Positions 39,167-47,211 of a stretch of 64,000 nt of DNA are shown piece after piece. Where the stretch lies: NCBI GenBank assembly GCA_965207735.1, contig OZ242296.1, positions 4,640,001 through 4,704,000 on the forward strand, written 5' to 3'. The DNA comes from Candidatus Versatilivorator sp. GTDB lineage: Bacteria > Acidobacteriota > Terriglobia > Versatilivoradales > Versatilivoraceae. The notes beneath the pieces were generated by a model that ran no database searches, was not told the DNA's origin, and saw only the letters and a list, made by a program, of their open reading frames with translations. The position numbers and the translations under genes are program-made. Positions within the stretch are counted from its first letter, which is position 1. Each line of letters starts with the position of its first letter.

Positions 39167-40653
39167 GAGCCTTTTGCAAAATTCGCAGATAGCGGGAATT
39201 TTCACGTGGGGAAAGATCAAGGAGGGCAGGTGGAAGGAGGGGCAAGACCACTGTCTGTTGTATCATGAAGGTGTCTGAACCACATGATGAACGGAGGTGG
39301 AACTTGCCCCTTAGGGAAACCCTATCACGACACTGGTTCCGGTTTCAACGAGAGCTGTTTCCCCTGCTGGAGGAAGTTTTGGGGCCTCTGGGAGAGCGTT
39401 ACCAGCGGCTGGTGCAGGTATTGGAGTTGGTGCGGGTGGAGGAGTTGCTGCCTTACAGTCGGGGCTGGCGTGGCCGGCCGCTGGAGGATCGGGCAGTGCT
39501 GGCGCGAGCCTATCTGGCGAAGTCGATGCTGGAGGTGGCGACCACGCGGGGATTGGTGGAGCGGCTGAGGAGTGAGGGGAGGCTGCGGCGGCTGTGCGGC
39601 TGGGAGAGGGCGTGGGAGGTACCGAGCGAGTCGACCTTCTCGCGGGCCTTTGCGGAATTCGCTGAGAGCGACCTGCCGGGGCGTTTGCACGAGGCATTGC
39701 TGGAGGAGACGCTGAAGGGCCACTTGGCGGGGCATGTGTCGAGGGACTCGACGGCGATTGCGGGACGGGAAAAGCCAGCGGCCAAGGCTGCGCCGGAGGC
39801 CAAGCGGAAACGCCGGCGGGGCCGGCCGCCGAAGGGCGAGCGACGGCCCAAGCGGTTGAGCCGGCTGGAGCGGCAGGGGTCGATGACGCTGGAGGAAATG
39901 TTGAAGGAGTTGCCCAAGGCCTGCGACATCGGCGTCAAGCGCAACGCCAAGGGGCATCAGGAGAGCTGGACCGGCTACAAGCTACACCTCGACGCCATTG
40001 ACGGCGGGATTCCGGTCAGTTGTCTGCTGACCTCGGCCTCGGTGCATGACTCTCAGGCAGCCATTCCGCTGGCGACGCTGACGGCAAGGCGGGTCGAGAG
40101 TCTCTACGACTTGATGGACAGCGCCTACGATGCGCCGGAGATCCGGGCCTTCAGTGAGAAGCTGGGGCATGTGCCGATTATTGACGTCAACCCCCGCCGA
40201 AGAGCTACCTTGAAAGCCGAGCGGAAGCGGGAGGCACTGGCCCGGCGCTGTATCGGCCAAGTGACTCCCGAGGCGCGGCGCTACCGGGAACGCTCGACGG
40301 TGGAGCGGGTCAACGGACGGCTCAAGGAGGAGTTTGGCGGGAGGCAGGTGAGGGTTCGCGGCCCCGACAAGGTGAGGTGCCACCTGATGTTCGGCATTCT
40401 GGCCCTGACGGTGGATCAGTTGATGCGCCTGACGCTCTGAAGACCGGGTTGCCACCCCCAACCGCACAGCAGGTTCGCCCGCCTCAAGGCCGGGAGAGGG
40501 TAAGCTGTGCCTGCGTCCGGCGACCGCTGGCCATCCGGCCATCAGATTCGGGCTTTTTCCTTCAAAAGGGTCTTTGCAGCTGGGTAGTCACCGCCGGAAC
40601 ATCACTGTTGCCAGCCCAATGTCATGCCCGATTCCGAATTTTGCAAAAGGCTC
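39167..40653 (+). mobile_element. Complete insertion sequence (1487 bp), 19-bp perfect TIRs, 4-bp TSD AAAA
   Basis: gagccttttgcaaaattcg (39167-39185) / cgaattttgcaaaaggctc (40635-40653); AAAA at 39163-39166 and 40654-40657. Confidence 0.92.
39265..40440 (+). CDS. DDE transposase (IS4/IS5-superfamily type, YREK motif)
   Basis: VPSESTFSR, SRDSTAI, GYKLH, MDSAYD, YRERSTVERVNGRLK. Confidence 0.92.
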   Translation: MKVSEPHDERRWNLPLRETLSRHWFRFQRELFPLLEEVLGPLGERYQRLVQVLELVRVEELLPYSRGWRGRPLEDRAVLARAYLAKSMLEVATTRGLVERLRSEGRLRRLCGWERAWEVPSESTFSRAFAEFAESDLPGRLHEALLEETLKGHLAGHVSRDSTAIAGREKPAAKAAPEAKRKRRRGRPPKGERRPKRLSRLERQGSMTLEEMLKELPKACDIGVKRNAKGHQESWTGYKLHLDAIDGGIPVSCLLTSASVHDSQAAIPLATLTARRVESLYDLMDSAYDAPEIRAFSEKLGHVPIIDVNPRRRATLKAERKREALARRCIGQVTPEARRYRERSTVERVNGRLKEEFGGRQVRVRGPDKVRCHLMFGILALTVDQLMRLTL

Positions 40654-40977
40654 AAAAGAAAAAGACATTTCCACGAAGGGGCACGAAGAACGACGAAGGG
40701 GCACTAAGGCGCTGAGGTTTGCCGCGACGGGGTACCAAGTTCGCGAAGGGGTGGTCGATTTCAGATTGTTTCACTCTATGTATGATCCGCACACTAGGGC
40801 GGGGGCCCGGCTTGCCTGAAACAACAGAAAAAAAGAGTTATCCACGAAGGGCCACGAAGGACGACGAAGGGACACTAAGGCGCTGAGGTTAACCGCGACG
40901 GGATACCAAGGTCATGAAAGGATTATCGATTTCCGATTGTTTCACTCTCGAATGATCCGCCCGACAGGGCGGGGCGA
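40654..40977 (+). repeat. Family A copies 3 (interrupted by the IS; left part 39138-39166) and 4, in tandem
   Basis: Two consecutive ~160-bp units, each with the ccacgaaggg core and a tgatccgc..gggcgggg tail. Confidence 0.88.
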
Positions 40978-41025
40978 AACTTGTTAGCAATTGATAATCC
41001 CCGGGCGAACGCCCGGGCGACCCAT

Positions 41026-41117
41026 TGAGCCGCGGAGCGGCGGCAGCAGGTAGCCGTGGGCGTGAGCCCATGGAAAGGAGTAGCTCCACGTCGAGCCGCG
41101 AAGGCGGCGGCAGCAAA
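41026..41117. repeat. REP-like element (family G)
   Basis: gagccgcgnagcggcggcagca-type motif twice, flanking agccgtgggcgtgagcccatgg. Confidence 0.55.
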
Positions 41118-41224
41118 TGCCGGTGAGCCCAAGTGAAGCACAAGCCGACGCAATGATGTTTGTTTGAAACAATGCCTTGTGCCGGGAAACCGGTTCAAAG
41201 GCACGCATGGGTAGTTGGTTTATT

Positions 41225-41432
41225 AACATGGATGCACAGGATGCACAGGATTATTTTTCGAGAGATTCCACCGTGTTGAGTTCAACCATCGCCTCTGTTC
41301 CAACACAGATTTCCCAAAACCCGCTCCCAGGCTCTTGGATCACTTCCAACACCCACCCGATCATCAAGCGGGTCTGCTTCTGTGGTACAGCCTCTCGTGC
41401 TGTTAGTCCTGTTTATCCTGTGCATCCATGTT
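41225..41432 (-). pseudogene. Family C miniature element carrying an internally deleted GxxExxY-like gene remnant
   Basis: Perfect 18-bp IR aacatggatgcacaggat/atcctgtgcatccatgtt; minus strand reads MDAQDKQD*QHERLYH, frameshift, QTRLMIGWVLEVIQEPGSGFWE..VGTEAMVELNTVESL. Confidence 0.68.
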
Positions 41433-41625
41433 CAATAAGTAAAAACCGGTTTAGCACGACTTGGCCCTTGTTTCCGACAGGCCATGAAGATGCGTTGTTT
41501 CACACTCGTATGATCCGCCCACCAAGGCAGGGGCGGGACTTATCAGAACAGTCGTGAGAGGGCGAACGATCCGGCGTCCGGCAGGGTGTGCGCGCCGGTG
41601 GATCGGCCCCGACCCGGGAGGCCCC

Positions 41626-44019
41626 ATGGAAGGGACATTCCTTCGCGTACGCCGGTGGGGGCCAGGGCTGCTGTTATTGCTGGCGGCCGCCTTCTGCCTG
41701 AGCCCAGCGAATGCCTCGACCGTTCCCGCGGCCGAGGAGGCTGCAACCCGGGATCGGTCCCTTCGCTGCTCCATTGTCCTGGGCCCCGAAGCGCCCGACC
41801 TGGAAGTCTTCGCTGCCCATGAGTTGATCCGCTATCTGAGAGAGCTCTACGGCATCCGGTCGGAGCTGGTCCGGTCGCTGGAGGACGGCTCGGGACTCGG
41901 CATCCTCCTGGGGAATCCCCAAACCAATCCCGCTTTTCAATCCATCTCGGCTCATCACACCTGGCCGCGGGTGAGCGACCAGGGCATCGTCCTGAAGCGG
42001 GTGAGCGCCGGAGACAGGGATCTGCTCATCCTGGGGGGAGGCAGCCCGGCGGCGACCCTGTGGGCGGTCTACGAGCTGGTGGAACGCTCGGGCGTCCGTT
42101 TCCTGCTGGAGAAAGACGTCTTCCCCGAAGTTGCGGAGCCGTTCCCGCCCCGGCAACTGGACCTGGTGCGGGAGCCCCGCTTCCGGTTTCGTTCCTACCG
42201 CGCCATCAACAACCTGGCCACCTCTCTCATCTTTTACGGAATGAAGGACTACCGACACCTGATCGACCAGTTGGCCAAGATGAAGTTCAATGTCCTCTAC
42301 GCGCAGATCTATCCGCACCAGCCCTTCGTTCACTACCAGATGCGGGACCAGCCCAAGGTCACCGGGGTTCTGCACTATGGTTGGAAGGTCCCGATTCATG
42401 CGGAGACCATCGGCCGGGAGCTTTTCGACGGGCGAAGCCAGCTGGTGAACCCGGAACTGGCCGGCGCCACCACCTACCGGGAACGGGTGCGAGCCGCCCA
42501 GGGACTGCTGCACGAACTGTTTGCCTATGCCAAGCGCCGCGGCATGCAGACCGGTCTGAACTTCAGGATCAACCAGTTCACCAACGAGTTCAACTGGAAG
42601 CTGCCCCAGTGGTCGGAGCACAAGTACTTTCCCGAGGAGGCCATGAAGGGTGCGCGCAATGCCCGCCTGGGAATCTCGGAATACGCCGTGGACCCGCGGG
42701 CGTTTCCCTACATGACGCCCGACAACCCCGCCGTCATGGAGCTGAACAAGACCATCATCCGGGCTCACGTCAACACCTATCCGGAAGCGGACTTCTATGG
42801 ATTGACCCAGCCGGAGCTGCCGGGAGGCGGAGAGAAGTACCGGGAGATGTGGGAGCGACTGGACCGCAAGTACCGGCTGGAACCGGAGTTCAGCCTGGAT
42901 CGGATGCTGGAGTCGGCCAAGGCCAACACCCTGCCGGTGGGCGTGCGCAGGGGGGACCGGCCGGTGGAAGAGCTCAAGGGAGCCCTGGCCAACGCCGATA
43001 CGCTGGACAAGCTGCTCAACGAGGGCGGGATCCTGAAAGGGACGGCCAATCCCGAGGCCACGGTGGTGGTGAGCACCTTCAGCGACGAATTCTATCCGGT
43101 CATGCCCAGGATCTTCCCGGGTCGGGTCATGTTGATGGTGCCCATGGACTACCTGACCTCACTGGCTGCCGAGCGCACCGAAATGCTGGCCTTTGCCGAG
43201 CACAGTCCCATGAAGGTGGCGATTCTGGCCACACTGGCCGACGACAACATCGGCATCCTCCCCCAGTTGCCCACCCAGCCGCTCCATCGCATCTTCCAGG
43301 CCATGGAGCGCTATAACGTCGTCGGCTACTTCGGCCGGCAGTTCCTGGTCACCAAGCTGGAGGCGGGAACCGCCTACATGGCTCAGGCCTCCTGGTCCTC
43401 CGGGGTCACCCCCGAGTCGGTCTACCGGGATCAGGTAAGGCAGGTGTGCGGGGAAGGGGCAGTTGCCGACATGCTCGAAGCCTACCGCATCCTGGAAGAG
43501 GCCACTCTCATTGGAGACCGGGTGGCCATGGGATTCCTTTTCCCGGTCACCACCATGATGCGCAAGCACTGGAATTCCGATTCCGGGCCCAACCCGGGAT
43601 GGGACGAGTTGCGGGCTCACTACCTCAAGGCGGCGCCGCTGGTGGAGTCGGCGCTGCAAAAGAGTCGCCCCCAGGGGAAGAGCTACTTGCAGCAGCTATT
43701 GGGACAATTGAATTTCGGCACCGACTACATCGCCGCCGTGCAGGAAGTGCGCCGGGCCAGGCTGTCCTACCTGCTATCCAGGAAGGCGCTGGCCGACAAG
43801 GACGCCCCGGGCTACGAACGAGTCATGAACGAAACCAATGACCGGCTGGAGAAGGCCCTGGCCCTGCTGAAGTCGGCCATCCGGCACTGGGCCGGAGCGG
43901 TCAGGGACCCCTCCGACCTTGGGGCCCTGGGCGCCCTCAACAGCTTTTGCTACGACTATCTCAAGGGCGTGGCCCTGGACGTCTACCTGGAGTCGGGAAC
44001 CTGGAGCATTCGGTTTTAA
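41626..44019 (+). CDS. Secreted putative glycoside hydrolase (GH20/GH67-type N-terminal domain)
   Basis: Signal peptide; FAAHELIRYL..GGSPAATLWAVYELVE..EPRFRFR; IDQLAKMKFN. Confidence 0.65.
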   Translation: MEGTFLRVRRWGPGLLLLLAAAFCLSPANASTVPAAEEAATRDRSLRCSIVLGPEAPDLEVFAAHELIRYLRELYGIRSELVRSLEDGSGLGILLGNPQTNPAFQSISAHHTWPRVSDQGIVLKRVSAGDRDLLILGGGSPAATLWAVYELVERSGVRFLLEKDVFPEVAEPFPPRQLDLVREPRFRFRSYRAINNLATSLIFYGMKDYRHLIDQLAKMKFNVLYAQIYPHQPFVHYQMRDQPKVTGVLHYGWKVPIHAETIGRELFDGRSQLVNPELAGATTYRERVRAAQGLLHELFAYAKRRGMQTGLNFRINQFTNEFNWKLPQWSEHKYFPEEAMKGARNARLGISEYAVDPRAFPYMTPDNPAVMELNKTIIRAHVNTYPEADFYGLTQPELPGGGEKYREMWERLDRKYRLEPEFSLDRMLESAKANTLPVGVRRGDRPVEELKGALANADTLDKLLNEGGILKGTANPEATVVVSTFSDEFYPVMPRIFPGRVMLMVPMDYLTSLAAERTEMLAFAEHSPMKVAILATLADDNIGILPQLPTQPLHRIFQAMERYNVVGYFGRQFLVTKLEAGTAYMAQASWSSGVTPESVYRDQVRQVCGEGAVADMLEAYRILEEATLIGDRVAMGFLFPVTTMMRKHWNSDSGPNPGWDELRAHYLKAAPLVESALQKSRPQGKSYLQQLLGQLNFGTDYIAAVQEVRRARLSYLLSRKALADKDAPGYERVMNETNDRLEKALALLKSAIRHWAGAVRDPSDLGALGALNSFCYDYLKGVALDVYLESGTWSIRF

Positions 44020-44049
44020 CCTGAATCCAGACAAGGCAAGGAGGACCTC

Positions 44050-44940
44050 TTGCAGACCGTCAGAGTGGCCGCAATTCAAATGAATGGATACCTGGGGCAG
44101 GCCGAGCGAAATCTGGCGGAGGTGGAATGCTGGACCCGCAAGGCCGCCGAGCAGGGCGTGGAGATGGCTCTTTTCCCGGAGCTTGCCATCCACGGCCACT
44201 GGATGGCGGAGGAGTGCTGGTCGTCGGCCGAGCCGGTGCCGGGAGGCCCCAGCGTCCGGCGCCTGGAGCAGATCGCCCGCGAGTTCCGCATGGTGCTGGC
44301 GGTGGGCATGTCGGAGAAGGAGAGGGATCTGGTCTACAACTGCCAGGTCCTGGTCGGCCCCGACGGCTATCTGGGCAAATCCCGCAAGGTGCACATGTCC
44401 GAGGACGAGGGTCTGATGTACGTGGGGGGCGGCGCACTGCCCGTGCACGACGTGGGGAAATGCAAGGTGGGCGTCATCGTCTGTTACGACGCCATGTACC
44501 CCGAGGTTGCCCGCGTCCTGACCCTCAAGGGGGCTGAAGTTTTCCTGATGGCAAGCGCCGGCCGCAGCGGTCCCTGGACCAAGGAAACCGAGGAGGCGGT
44601 GGCGCGCCGGACCAAGGAACAGCTCAGTCTCTATCGCTTCCGCGCCATCGAAAATGGAGTCTTCGCCGTGATCACCAACCAGGCCGGTGCGGCAGGCACG
44701 GTGGAGTTCTATCGTCCCGAATATCGCCGCCAGCCCTACCACGCCGGTGGATCGCTGATCTTTGCTCCGGACGGCAAACTGCTGGCGGAGTCCCGGACCC
44801 GGAAGATCGAAGCCGACATGGCCGTGGCCGACCTGACGGCCGAATCCTTTGCCAAAGCCCGCGCCAATACCAACTTTACCCTGCGCAAGCGCCGCCCCGA
44901 TCTCTACCAGGAACTGCTGAGACCGATCACCAGGGATTGA
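44050..44940 (+). CDS. Carbon-nitrogen hydrolase (nitrilase superfamily)
   Basis: E-K-C triad in FPEL, SRKVH, VCYD; RRPDLY tail; TTG start with GGAGG. Confidence 0.9.
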   Translation: MQTVRVAAIQMNGYLGQAERNLAEVECWTRKAAEQGVEMALFPELAIHGHWMAEECWSSAEPVPGGPSVRRLEQIAREFRMVLAVGMSEKERDLVYNCQVLVGPDGYLGKSRKVHMSEDEGLMYVGGGALPVHDVGKCKVGVIVCYDAMYPEVARVLTLKGAEVFLMASAGRSGPWTKETEEAVARRTKEQLSLYRFRAIENGVFAVITNQAGAAGTVEFYRPEYRRQPYHAGGSLIFAPDGKLLAESRTRKIEADMAVADLTAESFAKARANTNFTLRKRRPDLYQELLRPITRD

Positions 44941-45089
44941 GGGGTGGATGATGGCGCTTCCGGGAGCGAACCGGAATCCCGGGAGAGTCCCCCAATAACA
45001 GACGCTGAAGGGGGGGGCTTTCATCGACTGAAGGGAAGAGAGCCGGGAATGCGGTGTTTCACCGATCCGGACGACCGCGGGGGGCTCGG

Positions 45090-45488
45090 TCAGTTCAGGG
45101 TGTCCACAAGCCCCGCGTCCACGATTCTTCGGTCCTGAGTCAACAGGGTCGCCCCCAGAACCCGGGCGGTGGCCACGATTATCCGGTCTGCCGGGTCACG
45201 GTGGAAGGAGTCCGGAAGTGCGGCCACCTCCGTCGCAATTGCCGGAGTGATGCTCTGGGTCTTGACCAGCGGAGGCGCTACTGCCTTACTCAGCCACTCT
45301 CTCAGCGGCATCGCCAGCCTGATTCTGTCCAGGTTGTGCAACATGGCCACTTCCCAGAGCGAAATGTCCGACACCAGCAAGGGCGATTTTTCGCCAGCCA
45401 GCCCGAGGGCCTCCCGTTGGCCGGCCGAGAGTCGGCCTGAATGGTTGAGCCACCAGAGCAGCACGTGGGTGTCGAGCAGTAACCTCAT
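45090..45488 (-). CDS. vapC: VapC-family PIN toxin
   Basis: LLLDTHVLLW, SLWEV, HRDPADRIIVATA, LLTQD. Confidence 0.92.
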   Translation of the reverse strand: MRLLLDTHVLLWWLNHSGRLSAGQREALGLAGEKSPLLVSDISLWEVAMLHNLDRIRLAMPLREWLSKAVAPPLVKTQSITPAIATEVAALPDSFHRDPADRIIVATARVLGATLLTQDRRIVDAGLVDTLN

Positions 45489-45724
45489 GGCCGCAGGCTT
45501 TCCCAATCCTCATCAGGAAACACCGGACCGACGACGTCGCCGACCTCGCGGACCGTTCCGGCCAGTTCCAACTGAGGGTACTTGGAAGGACTTCCGCTTG
45601 CGGGAAAGAGCTCGGCAACAGGCCGCCCACGCTTCAGGATGACCACGGGCTCGCCGGTCGCCTGAACGCGGTCGAGGATCGCCAGGCAGCGGGCTTTGAA
45701 ATCGGATGCATTGATGGTTTCCAT
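45485..45724 (-). CDS. Phd/YefM-family antitoxin
   Basis: INASDFKARCL..VILKRGRPVAEL; overlaps the toxin start. Confidence 0.9.
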   Translation of the reverse strand: METINASDFKARCLAILDRVQATGEPVVILKRGRPVAELFPASGSPSKYPQLELAGTVREVGDVVGPVFPDEDWESLRP

Positions 45725-45759
45725 GTGACTAGATTATGTGACTAGTCACTAACAGTCAA
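45723..45759 (-). promoter_or_regulatory. TA promoter/operator
   Basis: TTGACT-17 bp-TAATCT ending 6 nt before the ATG; palindrome gtgactagtcac (45738-45749) and direct repeat atgtgactag. Confidence 0.6.
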
Positions 45760-46028
45760 TAGAACTCTGTTACTTTGGTTCCGTCCTTCGATTCGCTTCG
45801 GGAAGTTGTCCCCATCCGTGTCGAGATCTTGGGGGGTTGCGGCTTGGCGATGAGCCCTCAGGGTGAACGATGAAACTCCATCTGTAAGATTTCCTCGTGA
45901 GCGCCGGCAATACGCCATTGGCTCAAGGGGGTGGAAACCCCGATCCGGCGGGGATGGAGGATGGCCGGAATCGCACTCCCGGCGCGGTGTTTCGCGGATT
46001 TCACGAGGTCCGCCAACGCAACTCTTCA

Positions 46029-46060
46029 AGCCTCTCTCCGGGGGGCTTTTTTTTCTTTCA
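46029..46060 (+). terminator. Possible intrinsic terminator
   Basis: aagcctctc-tcc-ggggggctt hairpin followed by a T tract. Confidence 0.45.
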
Positions 46061-46237
46061 TTTTTTTCTATTCAAATCGATGAAGCCTTGATATATATCT
46101 CCCACTCACGCTGCGCAACATTTACTTGAAGCCCCTTGATGGCAGCTGGTTTCCATTGCTGATGGGGGGCTTGTCTTCATTGCGGGAAGTCGGTGGTGTG
46201 CGGCAACATACACTTGTGAATACAAGGGGAGAAGAAA

Positions 46238-46564
46238 ATGCTAACTAGGATTCTCGTTGCTATAGTGACAGTCGTGGCGATTGTGAAAGCCTTTGCCCCC
46301 AACTTGGAGGATCAAGGTGCTCTTGGGATCATTCTGGTCCTTGCGGGCTTGGTTTATGGCGCCACGGCCGTTAACGCCGAGGATGCCACCGACTACCTGG
46401 TGGTTGCCGTCGCGGCCTCGGTTGCAGCAGGAGCCGACGTGCTGGGTGCCATCCCCGGGATCGGCGGTTATCTGGACGCCATCATCGATCAGATCAGCAT
46501 GGCACTGATCGCCTCAGTCGCCACCGTTCTGGCAGTAAGGACGATCAACCGCATCAAGGGCTGA
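46238..46564 (+). CDS. Small membrane hypothetical protein
   Basis: GGGGAG RBS, 3-4 hydrophobic helices, followed by a hairpin. Confidence 0.75.
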   Translation: MLTRILVAIVTVVAIVKAFAPNLEDQGALGIILVLAGLVYGATAVNAEDATDYLVVAVAASVAAGADVLGAIPGIGGYLDAIIDQISMALIASVATVLAVRTINRIKG

Positions 46565-46589
46565 CCCTCATACTCAAAGGAAGCCACCC

Positions 46590-46632
46590 GCCGGACCAGC
46601 GTTCCTTGACCGCTGGTCCGGCTGTATTTTTT
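46590..46632 (+). terminator. Intrinsic terminator
   Basis: 12-bp stem gccggaccagcg/cgctggtccggc followed by tgtatttttt. Confidence 0.6.
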
Positions 46633-46799
46633 CCGGCAAGGACGCAGGGCAGTGCGGGGTCGTACCCGAACGGCATACACGCACGGACCCGGCTAGGGTT
46701 GGGATTCCGAACCCCGACTTGCCCGCGGCCCACGACGGAAATCCTCCTTGACGATACTTCCGTTCGCCCGCGTTCACCGGAGCTGGTCTGTTCTGTCTT

Positions 46800-47180
46800 T
46801 CAGTACGGAAACCTGCGCCCGGGAAAGAGCGTCAGGACGGCCATCCACAAGCCGACCAGTATCAGGCCGACCATCTCCCGAATTTCCTCCACCTCCAGGC
46901 TCGCCATCTCGAAGGTGGCCAGCAGCTCCCAGGCCGGCAACGCGCCGGACACCCGTGCAGCCAGCATCCCGGCCCAGCCCAGGGACCCCAGGGCCAATAC
47001 CAGGGGAATGATTCGAGGCAGTCGTCCCTTGGTGGCCAGCCAGCAGCTCAGGGCGGCCAGACCGTAGAGTCCGGCCCAGCGCCAGGGGTCGGGATCGTTG
47101 TACTGGACGGCCAGGCAGAAAAGGTACAGCAATGCCATGACCAGGTTCGGCCAGCGCATAGTCTTGACGAATGGCCTCAT
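46800..47180 (-). CDS. Transmembrane 220 (TMEM220) family protein
   Basis: AVQYNDPDPWRW and EEIREMVGL motifs. Confidence 0.75.
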   Translation of the reverse strand: MRPFVKTMRWPNLVMALLYLFCLAVQYNDPDPWRWAGLYGLAALSCWLATKGRLPRIIPLVLALGSLGWAGMLAARVSGALPAWELLATFEMASLEVEEIREMVGLILVGLWMAVLTLFPGRRFPY

Positions 47181-47211
47181 GGTCGGTTTCGGGGAAGGAC
47201 CGGCCGCGCCT

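Noticed and set aside
40654-40977. Tandem repeat as CRISPR
   Set aside because: Units are ~160 bp with no unique spacers and are dispersed elsewhere.
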